Below are positions 50,418 through 62,215 of a stretch of DNA of 64,000 bases, in pieces; position 1 is the first letter of the stretch, and the number at the start of each line of letters is the position of its first letter. The notes under the pieces were generated by a model. It did not search any database, was not told where the DNA came from, and saw only the letters and a list, made by a program, of their open reading frames with translations. The DNA comes from Thermodesulfobacteriota bacterium (GTDB taxonomy: Bacteria > Desulfobacterota_D > UBA1144 > Nemesobacterales > UBA2774): NCBI GenBank assembly GCA_963422265.1, contig OY729416.1:1024001-1088000 (forward strand), written 5' to 3'. The position numbers and the translations under genes are program-made.

Positions 50418-52486
50418 TACTAGAAATCGGGACAGAGGAAATACCAGCTAGCTTCATCGAGTGGGCGATTAAGGACCTATACAAGATTGCCAAACAAGAG
50501 CTTGATGGAAACTTTCTAAACTACGAAGAGATAACAACATACGGAACGCCGAGAAGGCTTGTTTTAAGGGTAACGGCTTTAGCCCCTAGTCAAGAAAACA
50601 GAACCAAAGAGACGCATGGTCCCCCTATAAAAATCGCATTCGACAAAAAGGGGAACTATACGAAAGCAGCTATGGGATTCGCTAAATCGCAGGGAGTTAA
50701 GCCAAAAGACCTCATTGTCGCTAAACGTGATAGAGGAGAGTTCCTCACCCTAAGAAAACAGTTAAAAGGACAGAAGACTGAAAAACTCTTAAAATATATT
50801 CTCCCAAGAATAATACTCTCAATTCCCTTTAGAAAATCTATGAAATGGGGAGATGGGGAAGTTACGTTTGCAAGACCGATAAGGTGGGCACTCACACTTT
50901 ACGGCGGAAAAATCGTTCCATTCAATTTAGAAGGCTTAAAAAGCTCTTCAAAGAGCTACGGGCACAGATTTATGGGTAAAGGCTCTATTAAAATGGCAAA
51001 CTGGGACGACTACGTAAGCGCACTCAGAGAGAACTTTGTAATACTGAATCAGGATGAAAGAAAGAGCATGATTGAAAAGGGCATAAACGGACTTGCAAGT
51101 GAAATTGGAGGGAGAATTGAAGAAGACTCCGACCTTCTTGAAACCGTAACCAATCTCGTAGAATTCCCAGTCGTTCTCAAGGGTGAATTTGAAAACGAGT
51201 TTCTTAATCTGCCAAAAGAAGTTCTAATTAGCGTAATGAAGAATCATCAAAAGTATTTTCCTGTCTTCGCCGATCCAGATGGCGACAAGCTACTCCCCTG
51301 CTTCATATTTGTTTGCGGAACCCCAGTAAAAAACGTTGAAATCGTAATTAAGGGAAATGAAAGGGTGATTAAGGCAAGGTTTTCAGACGCAAGGTTCTTT
51401 TTTAATGAAGATAAAAGCTCTCCGCTAGAAAATAAACTCGAGCGCCTAAAAGAAATGGTTTTTTTATCCAAAGTAGGATCGTACTACAACAAGACAGAGC
51501 GTCTTACAAAATTGGCAAGTAAACTAGGGGACAAACTGGGGTTGAAAGAGGACGTAGTGGACTTAGCTCGCGCAGCCTATCTATCAAAAGCCGATCTCGC
51601 AACTCAGATGGTTTTTGAATTTCCCGAACTCCAAGGGATCATGGGCAAATACTATGCTGAAATCTCGGGAGAGAAAACGAAAGTCGCAAAGGCGATTGAG
51701 GAACAGTATATGCCTTCCTCCCGCGAAGGGAAATTACCCCAAACAAATATTGGCGTCGTCATCAGTATAGCTGACAAATTAGACTCTATATCATCCTGCT
51801 TTATATCGGGACTTACGCCTACTGGAACGTCTGACCCCCAGGCTTTAAGAAGGCAAGCAATAGGCATAATAAATATAATCCTCGATAGAAACCTTGAGTT
51901 AAGCCTAAAAGGCTCGTTCCGCCTGAGTCTCAAAACCATTATAGACCAAGATAACAATGGATTTTCCGAGCAGGATGGCAAGGTCATAGAAGATATAATA
52001 GATTTTATGAAAGAAAGATTCAGAAACATTACGATTACGGATGGATTTACAAGCGACGTCGTGGACTCCGTAGTCACAGTTGACTTTGACGACGTCTTGG
52101 AAACAAGGAAAAAGATCGAGGCTATTTCGGAATTTAGCCAAGCGCCTGACTTTGAACCCCTAGGCATAGCTTTCAAACGCGTCGTCAACATCGTTAAGCA
52201 TCAGGGGAAAAGTAGGATAAAGGACAATCTAATGGAACCAGTCGAAAAGGAGTTATACAAATCTCTTGTTGAAACTAAAGAAAAGGCAGAGTTTGAAATA
52301 GGTCGTAAAGATTATTCAGCGGGCTTATTCATAATGAAAGAATTAAAAGAACCGGTAGATAAATTCTTTGATAACCTCATGGTAATGCATCAAGACCCCG
52401 AGATAAGGCAAAACAGAGTATCCCTGCTTCGTGAGATAAGAGACTTGTTTTTCAAAATCGCGGATTTTTCAAAGCTAAAGGCATAA
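50402..52486 (+). CDS. glyS: Glycyl-tRNA synthetase beta
   Basis: [32 protein letters not shown]. Confidence 0.96.
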   Translation: MEKELILEIGTEEIPASFIEWAIKDLYKIAKQELDGNFLNYEEITTYGTPRRLVLRVTALAPSQENRTKETHGPPIKIAFDKKGNYTKAAMGFAKSQGVKPKDLIVAKRDRGEFLTLRKQLKGQKTEKLLKYILPRIILSIPFRKSMKWGDGEVTFARPIRWALTLYGGKIVPFNLEGLKSSSKSYGHRFMGKGSIKMANWDDYVSALRENFVILNQDERKSMIEKGINGLASEIGGRIEEDSDLLETVTNLVEFPVVLKGEFENEFLNLPKEVLISVMKNHQKYFPVFADPDGDKLLPCFIFVCGTPVKNVEIVIKGNERVIKARFSDARFFFNEDKSSPLENKLERLKEMVFLSKVGSYYNKTERLTKLASKLGDKLGLKEDVVDLARAAYLSKADLATQMVFEFPELQGIMGKYYAEISGEKTKVAKAIEEQYMPSSREGKLPQTNIGVVISIADKLDSISSCFISGLTPTGTSDPQALRRQAIGIINIILDRNLELSLKGSFRLSLKTIIDQDNNGFSEQDGKVIEDIIDFMKERFRNITITDGFTSDVVDSVVTVDFDDVLETRKKIEAISEFSQAPDFEPLGIAFKRVVNIVKHQGKSRIKDNLMEPVEKELYKSLVETKEKAEFEIGRKDYSAGLFIMKELKEPVDKFFDNLMVMHQDPEIRQNRVSLLREIRDLFFKIADFSKLKA

Positions 52487-52648
52487 ATAATAAGTCCACA
52501 GATTACGGTAAGATCTGCTCAGCAAGCTCACCATTCAACCCAATGAACCGCATACAAGAAAAAGACGGATCCATCAACTACGCTTAAAATAATAACGTCA
52601 GGCCACTCCGTTTCGCTAACTCCTAGAATCCCACTCGGGAAGACGCCC

Positions 52649-54205
52649 TTACTTTGCATAAGCCATCGATCTTACTTCTCTTATAACCGTTATCTTTACC
52701 TGTCCGGGATAAGCCACTTCCTTCTCAATTTTTTGAGCGATTTCATGTGAAAGCAGCGCCCCTTCCTCGTCGTTCACTTTAGTATTCTCAACTATCACCC
52801 TTATCTCGCGTCCAGCCTGTATAGCATAACACTTTTCAACTCCCCTGAAGGAGCTAGCTATGCTCTCTATATCCTCAATTCTTTTTACGTAAGCTTCATA
52901 AGTTTCTCTTCTAGCTCCTGGCCTTGCAGCAGATATAGCATCCGCAGCCTGCACTATAATCGCCAAAAGGGACTGTGGATGTGGATCATGGGCAGAGGCA
53001 ACCGCTTCTATTATCTCCTGTGGTTCACCATACTTCCTTACTAGAGATTCCCCTATATCAACGTGAGAACCCTCCGTTTCATGGTCAACTGCTTTACCAA
53101 TGTCGTGTAGTAACCCTGCACGCTTGGCAAGCTTTATATCGTATCCGATTTCAGCCGCCAATATGCCGGATATAAATGCGACTTCTACTGAATGATTCAA
53201 TATATTTTGAGAATAGCTAGTTCTATACTTTAACCTGCCCACCAACTTCACTAACTCAGGGTGCATATTGTGCGTTCCCAGATCAAACAAAGCCTCCTGA
53301 CCAGCCTTCTGAATCTCCTTCTCAATTTCTTTCTCTACGTCAGCAACGATTTCTTCTATTCTAGCCGGGTGTATCCTTCCATCTTCAATTAGCCTCTCGA
53401 GAGACACCCTAGCCACCTCCCTCCTAATAGGATTTAATGACGAAACCACCACCGTCTCGGGAGTATCATCAATGATTATATCAACGCCCGTCCTAGATTC
53501 GATAGATCTTATGTTGCGCCCTTCTCTACCTATAATTCTTCCCTTCATATCATTATTTGGAAGGCTCACGACGGATACGCTCTTCTCGCTAGTATATTCG
53601 CCAGCATATTTTTGCATCGCAAGGGCTATTATATCTTTCGCTTTACGTTCAGCATCCTCAAGCAACTGATCCTCCAACTGCTTGAGTTTCTTAGCAGCCT
53701 CGTGTCTAGCCTCATCTTCAATGATTCTTATAAGCTCGCTCTTAGCTGATTCCTGAGTCATTCCCGCAATCTCTTCTATTTTCTTTTTAGCTTCTTCTAT
53801 TACAGTATCAAGTTCAATTTGCTTATCAGAAAACGCCTGCTCAGCTAGAGCGAGTTCTTTCTCTTTCTCCTGAATCTTGTTGTCCTTCTTCTCAACCGCC
53901 TCTATTTTTCTCTCCAGAATCTCCTCACGCTTCTGAATCTTCCTTTCATATTCGGAAAATTCCCTTCGCCTTTCTCTTGAATCCCTTTCGATCTCAGAAG
54001 TTCTCTTCTCTACTACCTCCTTTGCCCTCAGTTCACCTTGCACCTTGATTTTTTCAGCTTCCCGATTAGCCGAATCTATAATCATCTCGGCTTCATCCTT
54101 TTTAACCCCTATCTCCCTTTTTAGCTGAGCGTATTTGTAAGAAAAATGAGATGCGAAACCTAAGATGAAGGCTATGAGAGCCACAACAACCGTCCAATCA
54201 ACCAT
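52649..54205 (-). CDS. rny: Ribonuclease Y
   Basis: N-terminal TM, coiled coil, KH (KGRIIGREGRNIR), HD (LLHDIGK). Confidence 0.96.
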   Translation of the reverse strand: MVDWTVVVALIAFILGFASHFSYKYAQLKREIGVKKDEAEMIIDSANREAEKIKVQGELRAKEVVEKRTSEIERDSRERRREFSEYERKIQKREEILERKIEAVEKKDNKIQEKEKELALAEQAFSDKQIELDTVIEEAKKKIEEIAGMTQESAKSELIRIIEDEARHEAAKKLKQLEDQLLEDAERKAKDIIALAMQKYAGEYTSEKSVSVVSLPNNDMKGRIIGREGRNIRSIESRTGVDIIIDDTPETVVVSSLNPIRREVARVSLERLIEDGRIHPARIEEIVADVEKEIEKEIQKAGQEALFDLGTHNMHPELVKLVGRLKYRTSYSQNILNHSVEVAFISGILAAEIGYDIKLAKRAGLLHDIGKAVDHETEGSHVDIGESLVRKYGEPQEIIEAVASAHDPHPQSLLAIIVQAADAISAARPGARRETYEAYVKRIEDIESIASSFRGVEKCYAIQAGREIRVIVENTKVNDEEGALLSHEIAQKIEKEVAYPGQVKITVIREVRSMAYAK

Positions 54206-54223
54206 CTTTATTGCCTCCTTTGC

Positions 54224-54833
54224 CTATTCAGCGAAAACTATACCCCTCTCTGTAACTATAACGCCTACACCCTGATCTAATTTGCCCGTAGGAACCTTAT
54301 TGAGTATCTGGAAGCTATAAGAAAGACCTATCCTTCTATCTCTGGGTATATTAATCAAAACCCGGTCGTAATATCCCTTACCGTAACCTATTCTCCCACC
54401 AGAGAGGTCAAACGCAACTCCGGGAACGATTATAAGATCAACTTCATCGGGATCACTAACCGCACTATGCTTATCAGGCTCAGGAATGCTGAACTTACCG
54501 GGTGTAAGCTCTTTCAGGTCACTTACCTTGTGAAAAGTAAGATTAGCACCGCTAACTCTTGGGAAATAAACTTCCTTTCCCGACTCTATTGCGCATAGAA
54601 ATATACTATCCGTACCAGCCTCATTATTAGCGGAGCTATAAAGCGCTATGCGCTTGGATGCCTTAAAACGCCTGAGACTGGCTAGATTGTTAAAGATAAG
54701 ACAACTCTTTTCTTCTATATCATCCGCAAAAAGCTTTGACCTTCTCGTATAAATACGGGTGCGTATGGCATCTTTCTCCTCAAGATTAACATCGCCTCTA
54801 CTTAGAAGAGGAAGAAAGGTTTTGAGTTTCCAT
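54224..54833 (-). CDS. ygfA: 5-formyltetrahydrofolate cyclo-ligase (start uncertain)
   Basis: VPGVAFD..G.RIGYGKGYYDR; no in-frame canonical start after zapA, nearest RBS-preceded ATG (54833) is out of frame. Confidence 0.8.
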
Positions 54834-54836
54834 AAG

Positions 54837-55202
54837 TCATCTCCGTCTGCAGGAGCTTTCAAACTCTCCTGCTTTGAATTCCTCTCCGCGTATTCCTTTG
54901 CTAAAGCCAAGCGCTTCTTTTTCTTGAAGGGAGTTATCCAATATCTGAACCAATTCTTTTGATTTTTTCTCAGCACTGTACTTGAATTCCTCAAAATCCC
55001 TAGATATCCTGAAGTAATCGTCTGCAATCTTGAGCATCACGAGAAGAATGGAGCGAGGGATGACCATAGAATTGTTACTTTGTGATACCTCTTTTACTTT
55101 ATCTTCAAGATACGATACTACCTTATGGACGTAGACTTCCTCCGCGTCCGTCTTTATTACATAACCATTATTGAAAAAATTGACTTTAAGACGTTTCACC
55201 AT
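54837..55202 (-). CDS. zapA: Cell division protein ZapA-like
   Basis: Short beta N-terminus, L.IADDY, coiled coil; position upstream of ygfA-rny. Confidence 0.7.
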   Translation of the reverse strand: MVKRLKVNFFNNGYVIKTDAEEVYVHKVVSYLEDKVKEVSQSNNSMVIPRSILLVMLKIADDYFRISRDFEEFKYSAEKKSKELVQILDNSLQEKEALGFSKGIRGEEFKAGEFESSCRRR

Positions 55203-55410
55203 AATCCCCTGAACTACCCAAGTACACCTCTACCTTTTCAATAATCCCTCGCAACTTCTCATTATTATTATCCCTCTCCTCCTCGAGCCTTTTAACGCTT
55301 TCACGCAGCCTGCTGACTTCCTCTACTAGGCTCCGATGCTCTAACTCCAACTCTGCCCGTTTAGACAAAACCTCTTTAATCTTACTCTCAAGAATATCTA
55401 TCGTTTCCAT
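55186..55410 (-). CDS. ZapB-like coiled-coil protein
   Basis: 74-aa coiled coil overlapping the zapA start. Confidence 0.6.
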   Translation of the reverse strand: METIDILESKIKEVLSKRAELELEHRSLVEEVSRLRESVKRLEEERDNNNEKLRGIIEKVEVYLGSSGDYGETS

Positions 55411-55501
55411 AATGTTTTACCTACGCAAGTTTAATTTACTCTTGGTAAATATAATCTTATCTTGAAATTTTTGCAAGATGTGAGAACATAATAGCAGTAA
55501 A

Positions 55502-56575
55502 ATGGCTGAAACTGGAATGTTAAATCGGCTTGAAGAAGTCGAAAAAAAATATGGAAAAATTGAAAAATCCCTTAGCAACCCTGAAATAAGACCATCAGAG
55601 ATTCATAAATACTCAAAAGAGCTTTCAGATCTCGAAGAAATAGTAGAGATATACCGTGAGTATAAAAGGGTCGCTGAATCTATTCAAGATAACAAATCTC
55701 TATTTAGCGATAAAGACCTAGGCAAACTCGCGCAGCAGGAAAATGAAGAACTGGAAGATAGGAAAGTAGAATTAGAAGATAAGCTGCGCTTGTTGCTTCT
55801 ACCAAAGGATCCTAACGATTCTAAAAACGTAATTCTTGAAATAAGAGCGGGTACCGGCGGGGACGAGGCGGCTTTGTTCGCAGCTAATTTACTAAGAATG
55901 TACTCAAAATACGCTGAGAATAAGAAGTGGAAAGTAGAGATAATAAACTTAAGCGAAACAGGTATAGGTGGAATCAAGGAAATTGTTGCTTCAGTCGAAG
56001 GAGACAACGTATATAGTCATCTTAAATACGAGAGTGGCGTTCACAGAGTGCAAAGGGTACCATCAACGGAAGCGGGTGGACGCATTCATACTTCTACGGC
56101 AACGGTGGCGGTTCTTGCGGAGCCTGACGACGTAGAGGTCTTAATAGATCAAAAAGATTTGAAAATAGATACGTATAGGGCTTCAGGTCCAGGAGGACAA
56201 CACGTAAATAAAACTGACTCGGCGATTAGGATTACGCATCTACCTACAGGGATTGTGGTTCAGTGCCAGGACGAAAGATCACAGCACAAGAATCGTGCCC
56301 ACGCCATGAGGATGCTTAGGGCTAAGCTTTATGAAATAGAGGAAAGAAAAAGGGAATCAGAACTAGCGCGCACCCGGAAAAACCAAGTCGGGAGCGGTGA
56401 GAGAAGCGAAAAGATCAGAACTTACAATTTCAGAGACGGTAGAATTACCGACCACCGAATAAGTCTCACTCTTTATAAGATCGAATTTATTCTTGACGGC
56501 GAATTAGACGAGCTAGTCGATTCACTCACGGCGTTCTATCAAGCCCTCAGCCTAAAGGAAGCCATCTATACGTAG
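55502..56575 (+). CDS. prfA: Peptide chain release factor 1
   Basis: [13 protein letters not shown] anticodon motif, GGQ. Confidence 0.95.
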   Translation: MAETGMLNRLEEVEKKYGKIEKSLSNPEIRPSEIHKYSKELSDLEEIVEIYREYKRVAESIQDNKSLFSDKDLGKLAQQENEELEDRKVELEDKLRLLLLPKDPNDSKNVILEIRAGTGGDEAALFAANLLRMYSKYAENKKWKVEIINLSETGIGGIKEIVASVEGDNVYSHLKYESGVHRVQRVPSTEAGGRIHTSTATVAVLAEPDDVEVLIDQKDLKIDTYRASGPGGQHVNKTDSAIRITHLPTGIVVQCQDERSQHKNRAHAMRMLRAKLYEIEERKRESELARTRKNQVGSGERSEKIRTYNFRDGRITDHRISLTLYKIEFILDGELDELVDSLTAFYQALSLKEAIYT

Positions 56576-56669
56576 AAAGGAAAGGAGAATAAGAAGAATG
56601 GACATAAGGTTAGTACTCCTTAACTGATCCGTTTGTTGTATTTGCCAATATCATAAATAAAATATAGTT

Positions 56670-57482
56670 ATGGACTTTTATTGGACCATACCTCTCTGTT
56701 ATTTTATCGCATCGGTTTTATATGGGAGTCAGTTTACATTCAGAAACAAGAGCTTTGCAACTATAGGATTCTATATTGCACTCTCTGGATCTACAATACA
56801 GACCATAAGCCTATTTGCCCTTTACTCAAGGGGAAGCCTCATATTGGGAGGACTCGATAGCACTTTATTTTTATTCGCTTGGCTTATTACACTTGTTTAT
56901 ATCGCTTCTCAGATAAAATTTAACATTCCTACACTAGGAGCTTTTGTCTTCCCGCTTGCTTTTATAATGACGTTGCCGCATATGATCCTCCCTCAAGGGA
57001 TAATTGAGCAGGAACCTTCGCTACATAACCTTAGAATCACAATCCACATAGTGTTGATCCTTTTGGGTGAAGCGTTATTCACAGTAGCATTCATATCAGG
57101 ACTGCTATATATATTTCAGGAACGAAAAATTAGATTGAAGCGCGCCGGAACTTTTATAAGCAAGCTGCCCTCGCTAACGACCCTCGATAAAATAAACCAC
57201 GCATGTTTAATTGCCGGATTTCCATTAGTAACAATAGGTCTCGCATTAGGTATGCTTTTAGCTAAAGAAATATGGGGAGCAGATTGGGAATGGGGGCAAA
57301 AAGAGACATGGTCCATAGTTACCTGGTTTCTATATGCGGTTTTAATCCACGGCAGACTAGCTTCGGACTGGAAGGGACGAAAAGCCGCAGTTGGCGCAAT
57401 GCTCGGTTTTGGCGTTCTTGTCGCTTTATTCGCCATAGGCCTTCTTGCCCCGGGCAAGCACGACTTTTTAGGAGTATATTGA
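56670..57482 (+). CDS. Cytochrome c assembly protein (CcsA-like)
   Basis: Multi-TM, LPSL..LD, WG..W.W..KETWS. Confidence 0.85.
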   Translation: MDFYWTIPLCYFIASVLYGSQFTFRNKSFATIGFYIALSGSTIQTISLFALYSRGSLILGGLDSTLFLFAWLITLVYIASQIKFNIPTLGAFVFPLAFIMTLPHMILPQGIIEQEPSLHNLRITIHIVLILLGEALFTVAFISGLLYIFQERKIRLKRAGTFISKLPSLTTLDKINHACLIAGFPLVTIGLALGMLLAKEIWGADWEWGQKETWSIVTWFLYAVLIHGRLASDWKGRKAAVGAMLGFGVLVALFAIGLLAPGKHDFLGVY

Positions 57483-57656
57483 CCGCTGTCGCATAATATA
57501 TATTGGTAAGAGTCGCTAATATACTGTTATAACTAGATAATTGAGATGTGCAAATGCTAACAATTGTATTTGACAAAACCTTTCTAGAATATATATTTAT
57601 ATATTAGCGTGTTCATATTAACAAATTAACTTGTCAGTGTCTTAAAGGAAATACCT

Positions 57657-58025
57657 ATGAACGAAAAAGTACGTAGTGATGAGATTGATTACTTCAGTTA
57701 TTTCAAGAAGCTGTATGAAACTTGGGAGGAATCGACCTACAAGATGGTGGACATGTGGTTAAATAGCCCTCTCATGGAAAGGGCGTTGGACAAGTCGTCT
57801 GAATTACATAAATATATTCACGATTTTATGAATCAATCACTAGAAAACTCATATCCAGCCAAAAATGATACAGAAAAGCTTTTTAGTTCTTTGTCGTCGC
57901 TTGAAAAGAAAGTCGCTCGGCTCGAAGAAAAAGTTGAAACCCTTCAATCTCAAAAAAAAATAAAGTCGCCCTCGGAAAAAAGAGCGAGTAATAAACAGTC
58001 CAAAGCTAAGGAGAACAAACAATGA
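57657..58025 (+). CDS. PhaE/PhaR-like small PHA synthase subunit, paralogue 1
   Basis: Similar to the next gene; C-terminal coiled coil; upstream of phaC. Confidence 0.55.
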   Translation: MNEKVRSDEIDYFSYFKKLYETWEESTYKMVDMWLNSPLMERALDKSSELHKYIHDFMNQSLENSYPAKNDTEKLFSSLSSLEKKVARLEEKVETLQSQKKIKSPSEKRASNKQSKAKENKQ

Positions 58026-58516
58026 GTAAGGAATCTTTCGACTATTCCGAGCAATATAAGGAGTTTTATGAAAAATGGGACAAGACGGTATCTGAAGCTA
58101 TGAAAGTATGGACGTCAAGCCCATTATTCAGCAAAGCGGCTTCAGAAAATAGCGAAGAGTTTGACCCAATGTCGCATTACAAGAAGTTCTATGAAATATG
58201 GGAACAATCCTCTTCCACCCTACTGGAGGAATGGGTCAACAGCCCGCTGTTCGCTGCTAGTATGGGAAGAGCTGTAGAGAAATCTTCGGAGCTAAAAAAG
58301 CACTTTGACGAAGTTGTAGAAAGAACGCTAAAGAACATGCACTTCCCTTCAAAGAGTGATATAGAAAAAGTGCAGGCATGTATCAATAATCTGGAAGCCA
58401 AAATAAATGACCTTTCGGACAAGATAGAGGAGATTGTAGAGGATTATTCAAGCCCCACTTTGCAAAAACAGAGGAAAGCAGTGGGAAGGAAGAATTCTGA
58501 AACAAGTTCAAAATGA
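58022..58516 (+). CDS. PhaE/PhaR-like PHA synthase subunit, paralogue 2
   Basis: FYEIW...SPLFA..MG and M.FPSKSDI....I.NLE.K motifs. Confidence 0.7.
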   Translation: MSKESFDYSEQYKEFYEKWDKTVSEAMKVWTSSPLFSKAASENSEEFDPMSHYKKFYEIWEQSSSTLLEEWVNSPLFAASMGRAVEKSSELKKHFDEVVERTLKNMHFPSKSDIEKVQACINNLEAKINDLSDKIEEIVEDYSSPTLQKQRKAVGRKNSETSSK

Positions 58517-58634
58517 CGAGTAATACAGTCGGGACAGGAGATGAAACGATGTAAGAGCACAAGCGTTCATCCGTTCCTCTGAAGCAAGTGAGTTTTTTAG
58601 ATTTTCATAATGAAAACGAAGGAGGCAGTGGGAA

Positions 58635-59702
58635 ATGTCAATAAACTACTTAGGCATCGCATCGCGAGAAGCCGAAAAATCTAAAGAAAAGTTTAACAAA
58701 GCCATTGAGTTAGCGTTATTAAACCCAAAAGATCCAGAAGTTGGCGTAACCCCGCACGACGTAATATTCACCGAGAACAAGCTGCGACTCCTGCACTACC
58801 GTCCCCTATCCCAAAAAACGAGCAAGGTTCCGCTAGTAATGATCTTCGCGCTTGTCAACCGCCCTTATATTCTCGACCTCAAACCCGGCAGGAGCGTCGT
58901 AGAAGTGCTCCTTCAAAACGGAATAGACGTATATCTGATAGATTGGGGAGTACCGGGAGATGAAGACAAATATCTTGATCTGAACCACTATATTAACCGC
59001 TATATAAGGCAGGTCGTCAAAAAAGTTAAAAAGGACTCAGGCTCTGAGAAGGTAAATCTGCTAGGATACTGCATGGGTGGGACGATGTCGGCAATATACG
59101 CAGCTTTGTATCCAAGAGACGTCCAAAACTTAATTCTCATGACGGCAGGGATTGATTTTAAGGTCAAGGGCACGTTAAACCTCTGGGGAAGCAAAGAAAA
59201 CTTTAACGTTGATAAGTTTGTAGAAGCCTATGGAAACGTGCCTCCAGAATTTTTACAAGCTGGGTTTCTATTTATGAAACCTGTGCAAAACATAATTTCA
59301 AAATATGTAAATTTCTATGAAAACATCGACAACGAAGCATTTATAAGTAATTTCCTTGCCATGGAGAAGTGGTTAAACGACAACGTCCCAGTGCCGGGAG
59401 AGGTTTTCAGGGAATTTGTAAAATATATGTATCAGGAAAACCGCCTAACAGAAAATAAACTCAAGGTGAACGGAAAGCTTGTAGAACTAAAAAAAATTAA
59501 ATGCCCAGTTCTAAATCTCATTGCGCAACACGACCACCTAGTCCCACCAGACTCAAGCCTGAGCTTTGAGGGATTGATATCAAGCAAAGACAAAAAGACC
59601 ATAGTATTCCCAACAGGACACATCGGCATGTCGGTAAGCAGGAAGTCTTTGAAAGGACTATGGCCCGACGTAGCCGAATGGCTGTCTGAAAGATCAAACT
59701 AA
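58635..59702 (+). CDS. phaC: Class III/IV polyhydroxyalkanoate synthase
   Basis: ALVNRPYILDL, YLIDWG, lipase box GYCMGG, DHLVP, GHIG; 355 aa. Confidence 0.93.
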   Translation: MSINYLGIASREAEKSKEKFNKAIELALLNPKDPEVGVTPHDVIFTENKLRLLHYRPLSQKTSKVPLVMIFALVNRPYILDLKPGRSVVEVLLQNGIDVYLIDWGVPGDEDKYLDLNHYINRYIRQVVKKVKKDSGSEKVNLLGYCMGGTMSAIYAALYPRDVQNLILMTAGIDFKVKGTLNLWGSKENFNVDKFVEAYGNVPPEFLQAGFLFMKPVQNIISKYVNFYENIDNEAFISNFLAMEKWLNDNVPVPGEVFREFVKYMYQENRLTENKLKVNGKLVELKKIKCPVLNLIAQHDHLVPPDSSLSFEGLISSKDKKTIVFPTGHIGMSVSRKSLKGLWPDVAEWLSERSN

Positions 59703-59762
59703 CATTATGATACTAATACAAGCTTGCCGGCGGGCACAACGCTAAGCAAAGGCTTTTATAGC

Positions 59763-60518
59763 TTAGATATAATGCCCACCGTTAATTCTTAGGGTAACTC
59801 CCGTAACCCAGCTTGCGGCTGGAGAGCAAAGATAAACAGTAGCAAGCGCGATTTCTTCAGGAGTTCCAAACCTAGCGAGAGCGATTTCTTTCTTTATCTG
59901 CTCTCTAATGTCTTCCGGCACGGTACCCAGCATATCAGTCTCGACAAAGCCAGGAGCTATGCAGTTAACTCTAACCTTGTCCCTGGCAAGCTCTCTTGCC
60001 ATCGTTTTAGTAAAACCGATTATCCCTGCTTTTGTAGACGCGTAATTAGCCTGCCCCACGTTACCCATTTCTCCTATAATAGAGGATATTGAAACAATCA
60101 CGCCACCGTTTCCAGACATCAGATTTATTATTGCCTTCGTGCAGTTAAACACGCTCGAGAGGTTGGTTTGAATAACTTCATTCCATTGCTCAAAGGTCAT
60201 TCTCTTAAGCATTCTATCTCTATTGATACCAGCATTATTAACTAAAATATCCACTTTCCCAAAGTGATTCATTACAGCTTTACCTAAATTCTGAGCCTGA
60301 TGAAAATTCGCAACGTTTGCCCTTACCGTAACGCATTTTCTCCCTAACTTCTCAATTTCTTTTTTTACCTTCTCCGCTTCCTTATCACTCCTTGAATAGT
60401 TGAGTAATACGTCCGCTCCAGCCTCTGCCAAGCCCAAGCATATAGCCTTACCAATTCCTCTTGAACCACCCGTCACTATAGCGACTTTACCAGTTAAATC
60501 ATGCAACTGCTCTAACAT
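59763..60518 (-). CDS. Acetoacetyl-CoA / 3-oxoacyl reductase (PhaB/FabG-like SDR)
   Basis: TGGSRGIG, NNAGINRD, YASTK; next to phaC. Confidence 0.85.
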   Translation of the reverse strand: MLEQLHDLTGKVAIVTGGSRGIGKAICLGLAEAGADVLLNYSRSDKEAEKVKKEIEKLGRKCVTVRANVANFHQAQNLGKAVMNHFGKVDILVNNAGINRDRMLKRMTFEQWNEVIQTNLSSVFNCTKAIINLMSGNGGVIVSISSIIGEMGNVGQANYASTKAGIIGFTKTMARELARDKVRVNCIAPGFVETDMLGTVPEDIREQIKKEIALARFGTPEEIALATVYLCSPAASWVTGVTLRINGGHYI

Positions 60519-60736
60519 AACCTACCTCCTAATTATCGTCTATCATAAGCCCTCATAAACTTCCTATACAACAACACCCTAAAAACCAGTCCTATAGATT
60601 GTATTTTTAATAGTCTTTTTGTCAAATTTTTAACCCTAGTTTTTTAGTTTTCAGCTTTTAGAAGGACTCCCATTTCTCTTCCTCCCACGCTATATTACCA
60701 ATCGCGTCGGTAATGACGGGAAGAACAGGTACTTTC

Positions 60737-61522
60737 CTACTCTCCCGTAAAATAGGGCTCTCTTTTCTCTAAGAATGCCTGCAACCCCTCACCCATATCT
60801 TTAGAATCAAGGCATAAGGAAATGAGCGTCCTCTCGAGCAACAATGCCCTTTGTAAATCCATCTCAGAACCAGAGTTAATAGACACTTTCGCCGCACTCA
60901 CTGCAACTGGACCATTCTTCGCAATAGCTCCAGCAAGCTGCCTTGCCGCATCTAATATCTGTTCATGAGGAACGACCTTTTCAATAAGTCCTATATCCAA
61001 GGCTTCCTGAGCACCGATCATGCCTGCAGTAAAAATAAGTTCCTTTGCTTTCCCAAGACCGAGAATTCTTGTAAGCCTTTGCGTCCCACCCCATGCCGGA
61101 AACATGCCTAGCTTTGCCTCTGGGAACCCAAGCTTAGCTTTCTCAGATGCAATTCTAATATCACAGGCAAGGGCAAGCTCACACCCACCACCCAACGCGT
61201 ATCCGTTAATAGACGCTATAGAGGGAGTCTGCACATTCTGAATAAGGTCATAAACTTTATGCCCATATTCTATATACTCTTGAAACTCACTCGCTTTCAT
61301 TTGGCTCATCTGCATAACATCAGCGCCCGCTACGAAGGCTTTGTCCCCTGCTCCCGTAACAATCAAAGCCCTTAGGCTCTCACTAGGTAGAACGTTCTCC
61401 ATAAAATCTCTAAGCTCACGAAGCGTATCCCAGTTAAGCGCATTAAGCGCCCTTGGTCGACTGACAGTTAATATACCTACGCTATTCGCCTCTCTCTCAT
61501 AATTGATAAACTCAAACGCCAT
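60737..61522 (-). CDS. Enoyl-CoA hydratase/crotonase
   Basis: AFVAGAD, GYALGGGCELALACD, PE..LG..P.WGGTQRL. Confidence 0.92.
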   Translation of the reverse strand: MAFEFINYEREANSVGILTVSRPRALNALNWDTLRELRDFMENVLPSESLRALIVTGAGDKAFVAGADVMQMSQMKASEFQEYIEYGHKVYDLIQNVQTPSIASINGYALGGGCELALACDIRIASEKAKLGFPEAKLGMFPAWGGTQRLTRILGLGKAKELIFTAGMIGAQEALDIGLIEKVVPHEQILDAARQLAGAIAKNGPVAVSAAKVSINSGSEMDLQRALLLERTLISLCLDSKDMGEGLQAFLEKREPYFTGE

Positions 61523-61600
61523 CTATAACCTCCTTGATAGCAGACTACACCTATGTAAAATATATCATTCAGGCTTATTACCTCTTGTCAATGACTTTAT

Positions 61601-62203
61601 ATGAACTACCTTGCCCATCTTTACTTGGCTGAGAACTCAGAGGGTTCTATGCTGGGAAATCTGCTTGGAGATTTCGTAAAAGGTTATATAGACCACACCT
61701 ATAATAAAGAAATCTCTAAAGGAATCAGGATGCACAGGCGAGTGGACGCATTCACGGATTCCCACGAGAAGTTCCTAGCGAGTAAGAGACTAATCAGTAA
61801 GGAGAGACGAAGGTTCGCCGGAATAATAATAGACATGAGTTTTGATCATTTTCTGGCAAAGAACTGGTCTTCTTACTCAAGCGTCGAGCTATCGGATTTT
61901 ATCAATAAAGCCTATAATCTTTTAATAAAACACGCTAGCATTCTACCAAATAGGCTCAGGCTTTTTATCCCCAGGATGATTGAGGAGGACTGGATAGGTT
62001 CCTATGAACGCCTAGAAGGAATTGGAAAATCACTAGATGGAATATCAAGACGTCTCAAAAAACGATTTGACCGGGACAATTCACTTTTGGGAGCCGTAGA
62101 AGAAGTTGAAGCAAATTATAGGGAGCTCGAATCAAACTTCAAGGTATTCTTCCCCAAATTAGTCTTATACGTTGAGAGATACAGGCAAACTGATATAAAA
62201 TAA
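61601..62203 (+). CDS. acpH: ACP phosphodiesterase
   Basis: MNYLAHLYL, GDFVKG, HR.VDAFTD.H, D..FDHFLA. Confidence 0.9.
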   Translation: MNYLAHLYLAENSEGSMLGNLLGDFVKGYIDHTYNKEISKGIRMHRRVDAFTDSHEKFLASKRLISKERRRFAGIIIDMSFDHFLAKNWSSYSSVELSDFINKAYNLLIKHASILPNRLRLFIPRMIEEDWIGSYERLEGIGKSLDGISRRLKKRFDRDNSLLGAVEEVEANYRELESNFKVFFPKLVLYVERYRQTDIK

Positions 62204-62215
62204 GCGAAGTGAACT

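Noticed and set aside
54780-54960. 6S RNA between zapA and ygfA
   Set aside because: This is the expected position, but there is no intergenic room and I could not recognise the long hairpin; an Rfam search would be needed.
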